Position numbers and translations under genes: made by a program
In this document: positions 21,037 to 30,677 of the stretch, piece after piece
How positions within the stretch are numbered: position 1 is the first letter of the stretch
How the letters are laid out: every line of letters starts with the position of its first letter
Source: Promethearchaeota archaeon
GTDB taxonomy: Archaea; Asgardarchaeota; Lokiarchaeia; Sigyniarchaeales; SOKP01
Length of the DNA: 64,000 bases
Reading direction: 5' to 3'
Assembly (NCBI GenBank): GCA_048940925.1
Contig: JBHLOC010000010.1
Span: forward strand, 14,051-78,050
The notes under the pieces: model-generated
What the model was told of the DNA's origin: nothing
What the model saw: only the letters and a program-made list of their open reading frames with translations
The model's database searches: none

Positions 21037-21549
21037 TTAAACTAGTGCACCGCCAATTAAACCCAATATTCCCCCTGCTAAAGCTATATAAAAACCGATC
21101 CACAACCCCCAAGAAAAAGTTATTCCCGATTCACTAAAACTATCCCAAAACATATTAACATTTGGATCAATAGTCGATATAGTTTCTGCTATTTCACTCA
21201 TACCAGTTAGAAGGTCAATTATCAATAGAACTGGTCCTAAAAGTATTAGGATGCCCCCACTAACTCCTATAATTTTCAATTCTTTAACTACACTTACAAT
21301 ACAGAGAACTGATCCTATTACTATTAAAATTCCTCCAATTAACATCAATATAGCTATATCTGGTGTTGCCATAGTTCCAGTTGATATGTAAGTTCCAAAT
21401 CCAGTAAGATATGCTCCACTTGTTAATTCCAATACTTCATCAGTTACTTCATATTTATACCAGCTCAACTCTGGAAAAATAAAACTAAAGATAATACTCA
21501 ATAATCCTATACAAGCCCCAATCATACCAAGAATTTCTCCAGACTTCAT
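21037..21549 (-). CDS. 4-TM membrane protein
   Basis: Four hydrophobic segments. Confidence 0.75.
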   Translation of the reverse strand: MKSGEILGMIGACIGLLSIIFSFIFPELSWYKYEVTDEVLELTSGAYLTGFGTYISTGTMATPDIAILMLIGGILIVIGSVLCIVSVVKELKIIGVSGGILILLGPVLLIIDLLTGMSEIAETISTIDPNVNMFWDSFSESGITFSWGLWIGFYIALAGGILGLIGGALV

Positions 21550-21931
21550 TCTTTTAACTTTTTTTTATGAGATCTTCATTGAATTTATAATAGAATTAAA
21601 TTAATCTGATATTATATAAAATTTACTTAATTTTGTATTATTTCAAAAATAACTAAAATTAATTTTTATAGAATTCAACACCTCAATTTAAACAATTAAA
21701 AGCATGTAATATCTAAGAGGAAAATATTGATTGTACAAAGATTTAAGAAGATAAGTCAAGTAGGATTCTCTCTAAATAGTTAAAATTTTATTAGTCCATT
21801 TTTTGAATTTTATTTTTTTAAGAAATCACTGTTAGAGTAATTATCATAAACTAAATTATAGTTGCTAACATTAATAAAATTAGAATTTCATAAATAAAAT
21901 AGATAACATTTTATATTAAAGGAGGAGAGAA

Positions 21932-22975
21932 CTAGCTATAATCATATGTCAGAATTGTGGTACTACTAATAATGAAGCAACTAATCGTACTTGCAGAAAA
22001 TGTGGAGCATTACTGCCAATATCTTCAAAAACTACGCGAGAAGAAAAATTGGCACGCAAGAAAAAAGAGAAAAAGAAACAAGAACAAAATGTATCCAATT
22101 TGGATTTACAAGAAATACCTACAGAAGAGTTAAAGATTGATCAATCTCCAATATTAGAAGAAATTCCTCTAGAAAAAATAAATGATCAAATTAATGACAC
22201 TTTAGAAAGTAGCTATCAAGAAAAACCTACAGATAAACCAGAAGAACCAGATACTTTAAAGGAAATTCCCCCAAAACCATTTAAAAGCTCTCTCATCACG
22301 ACTCATAAACCTTTACCAAAGCCGCTTCCAAGATCGGATGATACGATTTCAGATGCTTTTAAAGAGCTTAAAAAATCTGTTCTTGAGGAGGAGGCTGAAG
22401 AATATAAACTGAAATTAGCACCATTATCAAAAGATATTAAAGAAAAAAGCGAATCAGCTTTATTAAAACAACAAAAATTAGAAAAAGACATGACGGAGGT
22501 TTTAAGTTTTCTTTCGAAAAAAATTTCAGTTAAAAAGTTAGAAGTACATAAACCTGTCAAAAAGACAGAACCTAAAAAGAAAATACCTCCTACAAGTATG
22601 AATGAGATATTAAAAGAGCTAGTAAATCTTGATTCAAATATTGAAGCATCTGCGATACTTAAAACAGATGGTGAAATATTAGCTTCTGCAATCTCAACTA
22701 GAATATCTGACTCTTTATTTGCAACTATAGGTATGAATCTATCAATGATAGGAACAGATATAATTGAAGGTTTAAGTGCTGGTACATTAAAATCTATTTC
22801 AGTGCAAGGTTCAAATGGAGTGTTAAGCTTAGCTCCAATTGATATAAGGAATCCGAACTTAAAAGATATGATTTTAATATTATTTTCAGATCCTAAAGTA
22901 AAAAGCGGAATTATTTCATTTGCTGTTCATATAGTAAAAAAACAAGTAAAAGAGTATCTTGGTTTTGATGAATAA
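21932..22975 (+). CDS. Zinc-ribbon + low-complexity linker + roadblock/LC7 domain protein; start probably upstream of the listed TTG 22049
   Basis: In-frame upstream ICQNCG...CRKCG; C-terminal IEASAILKTDGEILAS roadblock motif; GGAGG at 21921-21925. Confidence 0.7.
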   Translation, partial: LAIIICQNCGTTNNEATNRTCRKCGALLPISSKTTREEKLARKKKEKKKQEQNVSNLDLQEIPTEELKIDQSPILEEIPLEKINDQINDTLESSYQEKPTDKPEEPDTLKEIPPKPFKSSLITTHKPLPKPLPRSDDTISDAFKELKKSVLEEEAEEYKLKLAPLSKDIKEKSESALLKQQKLEKDMTEVLSFLSKKISVKKLEVHKPVKKTEPKKKIPPTSMNEILKELVNLDSNIEASAILKTDGEILASAISTRISDSLFATIGMNLSMIGTDIIEGLSAGTLKSISVQGSNGVLSLAPIDIRNPNLKDMILILFSDPKVKSGIISFAVHIVKKQVKEYLGFDE

Positions 22976-23009
22976 TAGACAGTATTATTTAAATATTCAA
23001 ATTTGTTTA

Positions 23010-23804
23010 TTATAATTTCCTTTGAACAGTAATTTTATTAATTTGAACTGTCTTAAAATATCGTAAATTATAGGGTAATTCCTGCAAAAAAGAGTTAAAT
23101 TCATAAATTGAAACGAGAGGAACTTGATTATCATTTAATTTAATATGGTTATCTTCAATAGTAACCATGAGTGGGATTAAAATAAATGGTAAATAGTTCT
23201 TTATACATACATTTTGTTCAAATAATTTCATAATAAGGTTTGAAAAAACTTCAGGATTTTGCTTTAGTGCTAAAACACGACGCAATTGTAGGTTTGCTGC
23301 TTCATTCAAAGAATTAAAAATGTCTTTACGTTTCCATTGTTTTGCATCTATTATCAAAACATATTTTGAATAAATACCAATAACATCGACTTCATATCTT
23401 TTCTGTAAAGTCTTGGATTTAAAGTTTGATTTATCCGAAAACCTAAAATTTTTCACTGTTCGATATTCATTTTTAGATAATATTTCTTTAATTAATTTCT
23501 CAAATCCATTATAATCTAGTATTTCAGAAATTCGTTTAATATCAAATTGAAGAAATTTTATTGACTCTAAAATAAATAAAATTTTATTAATAACTATATA
23601 ATGGGTATAGTTTCCTCTTTTTAAATAAATAAATTCGAATTTTTCAATAAAATCACATAACTTAGAATTGTCAATCTTCTTAAAAAAAGAGATCTCTGAA
23701 GGCTGACACCAAATTTCGATTACATTATTGGCACATCCTCTTATAATCTTATAAATTTCTGTAAAAAACTGCTTTAATGACACTTCTGAGTATAATTTGT
23801 GCAT
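23010..23804 (-). CDS. PD-(D/E)xK nuclease (Mrr/NERD-like)
   Basis: FEKLIKEIL...YEVDVIG...IIDAKQW. Confidence 0.75.
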   Translation of the reverse strand: MHKLYSEVSLKQFFTEIYKIIRGCANNVIEIWCQPSEISFFKKIDNSKLCDFIEKFEFIYLKRGNYTHYIVINKILFILESIKFLQFDIKRISEILDYNGFEKLIKEILSKNEYRTVKNFRFSDKSNFKSKTLQKRYEVDVIGIYSKYVLIIDAKQWKRKDIFNSLNEAANLQLRRVLALKQNPEVFSNLIMKLFEQNVCIKNYLPFILIPLMVTIEDNHIKLNDNQVPLVSIYEFNSFLQELPYNLRYFKTVQINKITVQRKL

Positions 23805-24073
23805 ATATAGTAATAATTAGAAGGTATAAAAGAAGATAAGGAGAGTAAAGAAATTCTAACAAAATTGATGGAGTCGTTATTAAAGAAAGAATCACTTATT
23901 TAAAAAAACACGTTTATGAAAATTTTCACTGAGATATAATAAAAGTCTAAGATAGAAATATTAAACTTAAAAGTAGGGGCTAAAATTCAAACCTTTAATT
24001 TGTTAATAGCATTGTTTTTTTAAGTTTTTTGAATTATTTAAATTATTAATTTTTAAATTAAATTTGATTTATT

Positions 24074-25882
24074 ATGGATTTATTCCCAAAAGTTTTTAGA
24101 ACAGAAGGAGATTTAGCTGAATTTGATTCATCCAGAATCCTAAACAGTATTATTAAAGAAACAGGATTAAATGAAAACGAAGCTAATAAAATTACCGAAC
24201 TCGTTGTGAGAAGAATTATCAGCTCAGGAATTAAATTCCTCTCAGGACCTCATATAAGAGAAATTGTTTGTTCAATTCTTTCTGAACAGCATTTTGAAAA
24301 TGAACGTAAGTTATATACACGAATAGGAATGCCATTAATGGATTATGAAGAGATTCTTGAAAAAAAATCTTCTTTTAACTCAAAGATCAAATTGAATCCC
24401 GAAAAAGTTCTCCATTGGGCAGCTAATCAAATTGCTAAAGAATATGCTCACCTACGAATTTTAAGCAGTGAAGAATCAAAGGCTCATTTGTATGGAGATA
24501 TTCATATCCATAAATTAAAATATTTCGATTTGCGACCCTTAAGTCATATTTGGGATCCAAGATTAGTCTTAAAATTCGGTATTCCCCCAAGTGTAGACTT
24601 TATTCCTTGTTGTAAATCAGAACCTGCAAAAAATCTTAAGGAGGCATTCCTTGATCTCGTAAAATGGTTAATTATGGTTCAGAATGAATTCTGTGGAAAC
24701 CAAGGCTTCCATTTCATAACAATTTTTCTAGCTCCCTATGTTAAAGGTTTAAGTGAAGAAAAAATACAATATAGCATAAAAGAAGCGATTTTTGAAATAA
24801 ATCAATTATCTACTATAATTGGTAGGAAAATTACTCCAATTTCTCTCCTTACTTGCCCAACAATTTTAGAAGAACTTTCAGATATCCCTGCTGTTGGACC
24901 ATACGGCAAAATTCAAAACAATTATGAAGATTATCATGAAGAATGTTTAAGACTGTTTAACTCGTTTATAAATGTTTTTAAGCAAGGTGATAATAATAAA
25001 AGAGCATTTAAAACACCAAAGCATGAAATTTTCATAGTGTCAAACTGGTTTGATGAATTTAAGGATTCCTACGAACAAGTTTGGGAAGAAGTGAAATTAA
25101 TGAAAACTCCTTATCTTAAAAACATATGTTTCGATTTATATCGAAATAAATCAATAAATAAGTTAACAGAGAATACTTATAGTAATTTTGGCATCCTCCA
25201 AGATATCTGTTTAAACTTACCCCGTTATGCATATACTTCTAAAGATGAGGAAGAATTTATTGAAATTCTAAAATCTAAAATACAATTATGTGCTGAAATA
25301 TTATTAAAAAAATATGATATTATAAAAAGAAGATTATATTCCAATCATCTTCCTCTTTGTTCTGGTAAATTAAATAATAATTTTATATTTAACTTAAAAA
25401 ATCAAGGGTTGTCTTTAAGTTTTGTTGGTTTAAATGAAGCAGTTAAATATTTGACAAACTATGAGCTTCATGAGACTTCAGATGCTTTTAATTTTGGTAA
25501 AAAAATTATGAGTGAAATGAATAAGTCCTGCCAAGAATTTTCTGATAAATATGAAAAAAAATATTTTTTAAGCGAAATTTTTTCAAGCAAAACTCCTTTT
25601 CGATTTGCCAATTTAGATTTAAAGCATTTTCCTAAGATTTCTTTAACTCAGATTAAAAAACAGAATTATTGTTATACTAATTCAGCCCATTTTAGAAAAA
25701 ATGCACAAATCAATGTAGTTGAAAAAATAAAATTGCAGGAAAATTTTCATCAATTAATTCAAAATAATGCGACTGAATTCATATCTTTAAAAGAGTTGAA
25801 TAAAGCTAATATTGAATTAGAAGATTTTGTAAAAAAAATATATTCAAAGTCAAGGATTGCTAACTTAAAATTTATAGCTTAA
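24074..25882 (+). CDS. NrdD-like (anaerobic ribonucleotide reductase) protein with ATP cone, lacking the glycyl-radical C-terminus
   Basis: ATP cone (FDSSRI..SIIKET...IREIV), AHLYGDIHIH, LNLPRYA, GLNEAV, YTNSAH; no RxxGY. Confidence 0.8.
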   Translation: MDLFPKVFRTEGDLAEFDSSRILNSIIKETGLNENEANKITELVVRRIISSGIKFLSGPHIREIVCSILSEQHFENERKLYTRIGMPLMDYEEILEKKSSFNSKIKLNPEKVLHWAANQIAKEYAHLRILSSEESKAHLYGDIHIHKLKYFDLRPLSHIWDPRLVLKFGIPPSVDFIPCCKSEPAKNLKEAFLDLVKWLIMVQNEFCGNQGFHFITIFLAPYVKGLSEEKIQYSIKEAIFEINQLSTIIGRKITPISLLTCPTILEELSDIPAVGPYGKIQNNYEDYHEECLRLFNSFINVFKQGDNNKRAFKTPKHEIFIVSNWFDEFKDSYEQVWEEVKLMKTPYLKNICFDLYRNKSINKLTENTYSNFGILQDICLNLPRYAYTSKDEEEFIEILKSKIQLCAEILLKKYDIIKRRLYSNHLPLCSGKLNNNFIFNLKNQGLSLSFVGLNEAVKYLTNYELHETSDAFNFGKKIMSEMNKSCQEFSDKYEKKYFLSEIFSSKTPFRFANLDLKHFPKISLTQIKKQNYCYTNSAHFRKNAQINVVEKIKLQENFHQLIQNNATEFISLKELNKANIELEDFVKKIYSKSRIANLKFIA

Positions 25883-26064
25883 TTAACACTTAACCTTTTG
25901 TTTCATAGATTTTACAAAAAAGAAATGATTTAATAGGAATAATTATTGTGTAGTATTATATAATTATTGAGTAGTAATATATAGATTTTATACTACTTTT
26001 AATAACAAAATGTAATTAATTACAATTTAAATAATTCCCTGATATTAAAGATCTATGGTTAACT

Positions 26065-27528
26065 TTGACATCATCAAAAAAAAATGCCAAAAAAGAAATA
26101 CCTGTTGAGAAAAATGAACAGACAGAAAATTCGCCTATTATTAAGGCAATTGTGTTAAGTATATTCGATGAAAATGGACCATCTCCTCATATTGTGTGGC
26201 CTGAAGATTTGAAGCAGGAAGCAGGTCTTCTTATAGCCATGAAAACCATCTCTCTCCTTATGGGTGATAGTACATATCAAAACGGAGAAGAAACGGATGG
26301 TGTTAATTATTTTGGAATATTACCATTTCCTGATTTGAAATTGAATGGGCTAACCTATTTTTTCTTGATACCTGAACCTAAAGCTCGTGGTCAGGCTTTA
26401 GCCGCTACTATTTCTATATTAATAGATGATGAAAACAAGGTATTTTTTTATGAAAATATGAAATATTTGAGAATTATTATTGATAAAACCGCTTCACAAA
26501 TTCAAAATGTTAAGAAAGTTGATGAACGGAAAGAGATTATGGACAACTTTCGAGAAGAACTATTTGAATTTTCTAAAGAATTAAAGGATCCTTATTCAGC
26601 TAGAAGACAAATAAAGATTTTATTAACTGGTTTAGATAAAGCGGGAAAATCAAGCTTTTTGTTTGGAATAAGAAGGCAATATTCAGAAATCATAAAAGCC
26701 TTACCTACCAAAGGAGTTGAGAGAACAGAAGAGAGTATTTTTGAAGAACAAAACTCTACTATATCCATTTGGGATTTAGGAGGTCAAAAAAAATACCGAG
26801 AAAGATTTCTCGAAGAGAGGAAAGTCTATTTATATAATGTAGATTTAATCTTTTTCTTTATTGATATACAGGATTTAGAAAGAATGAATGAAGCATTGGA
26901 TTTGTTTTCAAAAATTTTAGATTCCTTAATAGAATTAGAAGAATATCCCCCTATTATTCTGTGTTTAAATAAGTTTGATCCTGATCTTAAAGGTTCAAAA
27001 GATATTTTTAAAAGCTTAGAATTAATCGCGGATGAAATTAAAAAGAATTCTGAGAGATTTTTCATAAAAATCTTTCAAACAAGTATTTTTGACCATTGGA
27101 GCCTTATTTCTGCTTATTCTTTTGGTCTTTCTCAATTAAGTCCTAATCGTGAATTGTTTAAAAATCAATTAAAAAAATTCGCAAAAAAAACTAATTCAGA
27201 TGCAATACTGTTACTCAATGAAAACGGCATTATTTTATCAAATTACTCTAAATCCGATATTTCTGAGAAGGTATTTGAGATATCAGCACCACATTTCCAA
27301 GAACTTTATAAATTGTTCAAAGAATTTAAATTATTGAAGCAGGATTTTATAATATCATCAGGTATGGTCGATCAATCAAAGAAAGTCATTTTTAAAAAGA
27401 TAACTGTTGATAAATATAACTTATATCTATTAATGTTTATGAAGAAGTCTCTTGAACTTGAAAAAATTGAGAGAAATTTACCTGATTTTTCAAAAAACTT
27501 AGTAGAAATCATTTATACATATATATAA
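26065..27528 (+). CDS. uDENN/longin-like + Arf/Rag-like GTPase + roadblock-like tri-domain protein
   Basis: SIFDENGPSP..W.P, GILPFP; GLDKAGKS, WDLGGQ, NKFD, TSIFD; LLNENGIILS; paralog of 14056-15561. Confidence 0.82.
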   Translation: MTSSKKNAKKEIPVEKNEQTENSPIIKAIVLSIFDENGPSPHIVWPEDLKQEAGLLIAMKTISLLMGDSTYQNGEETDGVNYFGILPFPDLKLNGLTYFFLIPEPKARGQALAATISILIDDENKVFFYENMKYLRIIIDKTASQIQNVKKVDERKEIMDNFREELFEFSKELKDPYSARRQIKILLTGLDKAGKSSFLFGIRRQYSEIIKALPTKGVERTEESIFEEQNSTISIWDLGGQKKYRERFLEERKVYLYNVDLIFFFIDIQDLERMNEALDLFSKILDSLIELEEYPPIILCLNKFDPDLKGSKDIFKSLELIADEIKKNSERFFIKIFQTSIFDHWSLISAYSFGLSQLSPNRELFKNQLKKFAKKTNSDAILLLNENGIILSNYSKSDISEKVFEISAPHFQELYKLFKEFKLLKQDFIISSGMVDQSKKVIFKKITVDKYNLYLLMFMKKSLELEKIERNLPDFSKNLVEIIYTYI

Positions 27529-27781
27529 ACTAAAAAGATAAAAAGAATTGTTAATAATTGTATTTTTTCCTTCTTGCTTTTTTTATTGTTTAATAACATT
27601 TAGAATAAATATGACAATTAGAATAATTGTATCCATGAAGATTTATCTTTCAAGTTAAACTCATTCTGAAATTTATTTTATTGGTTTTCTTCTTATTCAA
27701 ATCTTACCTATTATCTAGTTTTGCTTAAATTTGTAATATAATTTAATTTTTTTCTTTTTACATACTTTTATTTTTGTAAAT

Positions 27782-28462
27782 TTGCATATTAAGGATAATA
27801 TAAATGAATTCGAAGTTGATTATTCTATTATTTATAAAATATATCTAATTGACAGTAGCTCTGGTATAAGTCTTCTTGAATCAACATTTAGAGAATTAAA
27901 AAGAATTCAAGATGATATCCTGACAGGATTCTTTAATGCTATCAATAAAATAATAGATCTTATTCAAGAAGCGATGGCTAAAGGTAAGCGTGTAAATGAA
28001 ATGTATAGAATTGTTGAAGCAGAAGATTCGATTATTTATATTTATTATCATCCTTTATCAAGGATTTTATTTTGCTCAATTTCTGATGCTGATGATAATT
28101 CTGAAAAAATAAAAGAAGTTTTGCAGAAAATAGCAAATAGATTTTGGAAAAAACATCAATCAGACCTTAAAATTTACAGAACGACAACTGAAAAAAGTAG
28201 GTTTCAGACTTTAAGTGTAGATATAGAAAATCTTACAATTGGTGGAAAAATTGCTGAGGAATTCCCAAAATTACTTGTAGTTAAAAGTGTTTTAGAAAAA
28301 ATTTTATCGATGGGAATGGTCACTGATTTTGATTTTCAAGTTGCGATCAATTGCACAGGGAAAAATTCACCATTGAAAATTTCAAGGATCCTAAATAAAA
28401 AGCAGTCAGAAACAATTGATGCTTTAAAAAAATTAGAGCAACTTGATATTATAAAAATTTAA
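27782..28462 (+). CDS. Longin-like domain + C-terminal winged-helix protein
   Basis: IYLIDSSSGISLL...ILTGFFNAI longin pattern; ALKKLEQLDII wHTH end. Confidence 0.65.
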   Translation: MHIKDNINEFEVDYSIIYKIYLIDSSSGISLLESTFRELKRIQDDILTGFFNAINKIIDLIQEAMAKGKRVNEMYRIVEAEDSIIYIYYHPLSRILFCSISDADDNSEKIKEVLQKIANRFWKKHQSDLKIYRTTTEKSRFQTLSVDIENLTIGGKIAEEFPKLLVVKSVLEKILSMGMVTDFDFQVAINCTGKNSPLKISRILNKKQSETIDALKKLEQLDIIKI

Positions 28463-28598
28463 ATTTGAATTTAATTGTAGCTTTTATTTCATATATTTAA
28501 AGAATCTATATCTCTATATTCTACTTACTTCTAAATAGAAAAAAATAAAAGTTTTAAAGATCTATCAAATTTATCCTCTAAAATTAAATGATTTAATC

Positions 28599-29183
28599 AT
28601 GGAAAGCAAAGAAAAATTCATTGCTAATGTAAAGAGTCCCTCAAGAGGGGGTCATTTAAGAGTAGGTAAAGGTTTTTCTTTAAATGAGATTAAACAAGCA
28701 GGACTGACAGTAAAGTTATTGGAAGAGTTAAATATTAAAATTGATCATTTCAGAAAATCGGTACATCCTGAAAATATAGAAAAATTGAAAAAAATTGAAA
28801 TTCCGAAGAAAAAAGATACAAAAAGAGAAGCTTTTGTTAAAAAAGAGAAAAAGAAAACAACATTTAAACCTAAGAAAGAAAAGGTAAGAGTAAAGCCAAA
28901 GAAAGTCATTGAAAAAGCTCCTAAAAAATTACCCGTTAAAAAAGAGCTAAAGAAGCTAAAAAAAATAAAGAAGGAAAAAGAAATATCAGAGAAAAAGGGT
29001 ACTCCATTAACAGAAATACCAGGATTAGGAGATACAATAGAAAAGAGATTTTTTGACCTAGGAGTAAATAATATTGAAGAGTTAATTAAAGAAAATCCTG
29101 AAGAAATAGCAGCTCTTGTTAGTGGAGTATCACTTAAAAGATTAAAAAAATGGATTGAAGAAGGGAAAGAGATAATTAAATAA
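28599..29183 (+). CDS. rpl13e: Ribosomal protein L13e fused to Lys-rich linker and helix-hairpin-helix domain
   Basis: RVGKGFSLNEIKQAGL...IDHFRKSVHPEN; LTEIPGLG..IEKRFFDLGV HhH. Confidence 0.85.
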   Translation: MESKEKFIANVKSPSRGGHLRVGKGFSLNEIKQAGLTVKLLEELNIKIDHFRKSVHPENIEKLKKIEIPKKKDTKREAFVKKEKKKTTFKPKKEKVRVKPKKVIEKAPKKLPVKKELKKLKKIKKEKEISEKKGTPLTEIPGLGDTIEKRFFDLGVNNIEELIKENPEEIAALVSGVSLKRLKKWIEEGKEIIK

Positions 29184-29328
29184 ATCAAAATCTTCCTAAA
29201 TTTATTCATTACCATAGATCAATTATAAATTTTTTCTTTTTCTTATATCAGAACTTTTATATATATGAAATATATTTTAGAAATAATGCTTCTCGATTTA
29301 ACTATGATCAAAAGGGGCATGGTATAAT

Positions 29329-29820
29329 ATGGAGTATAACTATTACGTTTATAAAAAGCTAGAATGCAATTTAACAATTAATAAAATGCCAATTTGGTTA
29401 AAGGAAGTAGAATACGAAGGAGATGAGAACCAAGGTTCTATAACCTTAAATTCTGAAAATGAATATGATGAGATTTGGGGTCCTAATTCTAAAATGGAAA
29501 TTAATTGGGAAAAAAAAGAAAGGCTAAATCTCTTATTTTATAAAGAAACGCAAAATAGCATTGATGTTTATAACGCTATTGGTCTTGTTGTGACAGAAAA
29601 GGAAAGAGATTGGTTAAGGAGCCATGAAGTAGTGTTTTGGTTTGGACATCGAAATAAAATGATAAGAAAAAGGTTCTATACTGAAAGAGCAATTCACTGT
29701 GTCTTTTATTGCGACCAAAGTGAGAGAATTTTTAATATACACACTAATATGTTAGCAGAATTCTATGAAAAGTTTAAACCTTTTATATTAAAATCCTACA
29801 ATTCTATAATTTGTCATTAA
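29329..29820 (+). CDS. Hypothetical protein
   Basis: 163-aa ORF with protein-like composition. Confidence 0.65.
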   Translation: MEYNYYVYKKLECNLTINKMPIWLKEVEYEGDENQGSITLNSENEYDEIWGPNSKMEINWEKKERLNLLFYKETQNSIDVYNAIGLVVTEKERDWLRSHEVVFWFGHRNKMIRKRFYTERAIHCVFYCDQSERIFNIHTNMLAEFYEKFKPFILKSYNSIICH

Positions 29821-30563
29821 TCTGTTTTCTTTTGAGCAAGTATAAAGAAATTATCTTGATTTCCTGGGCCTCCCATTAATTTAAATACTTTTATTTCAAA
29901 AATTTTCAACAATTTTTTTATTTCATGTTTAGAAAAAAAATGGTAAAATCTATTATAAATTTCTTTTTCTTTTGAATCGGTCCAAGGAACAAATTTATCA
30001 CCAAATTCTTCTAAACCATCAACTTTTTTTTCTCTTTTATGCTTTCTACTAAGATTCCTTTTTAACCAATCTAAAAAAAAATAACCACGATATTCTTTTT
30101 GCCATTTACGCCAAACAGTTATTATTAAATACCCTTTTTTTTTCATTGAATTGTTGAACTGTATCAATGCTTTTTTTCTTTCAGATTTATTTTTGATATG
30201 ATGGATTGTTGCAATTGAAAAAATGTTGTCAATCGAATTTGACCTTATTGGCAAATGTTTAATATCACCTAAAAGTAATTGAATAAGGTTTGATTCTAGA
30301 TCAGAATACTGGCTCTTGTCTATCAAACTTTCACGGGCTATTTTTAAAAATTCAAGTGAAAGATCTATACCTATTAACTTTCTGGGATATGTCCCCAAAA
30401 TTTTAAAATTTCTCCCATTTGCACATCCTAAGTCTAAATTAATACCCGTAAATAAATATCCCATTTTAATCAAATGGTTTAGAAAAAATTCAAGTGGTCT
30501 CCAAGGGTTTCTTCTTTTTGAATGATAGTCTTTGGCAATTTTATTAAAATTATAACCCTCCAT
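29817..30563 (-). CDS. Trm9/ALKBH8-like tRNA methyltransferase
   Basis: LDLGCANGR, SIATIHHI, IITVW, FVPW, RFYHFF; ATG at 30563 preferred over 30644. Confidence 0.75.
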   Translation of the reverse strand: MEGYNFNKIAKDYHSKRRNPWRPLEFFLNHLIKMGYLFTGINLDLGCANGRNFKILGTYPRKLIGIDLSLEFLKIARESLIDKSQYSDLESNLIQLLLGDIKHLPIRSNSIDNIFSIATIHHIKNKSERKKALIQFNNSMKKKGYLIITVWRKWQKEYRGYFFLDWLKRNLSRKHKREKKVDGLEEFGDKFVPWTDSKEKEIYNRFYHFFSKHEIKKLLKIFEIKVFKLMGGPGNQDNFFILAQKKTD

Positions 30564-30677
30564 AACCAAGAAAAAAAAATCGAACGTATAATATTGATTA
30601 TAAATTATAAAATAATTATAATAATATTCATATATAATTTTCAATATATATTATTGATTAAATAAGAATATAGCAAC

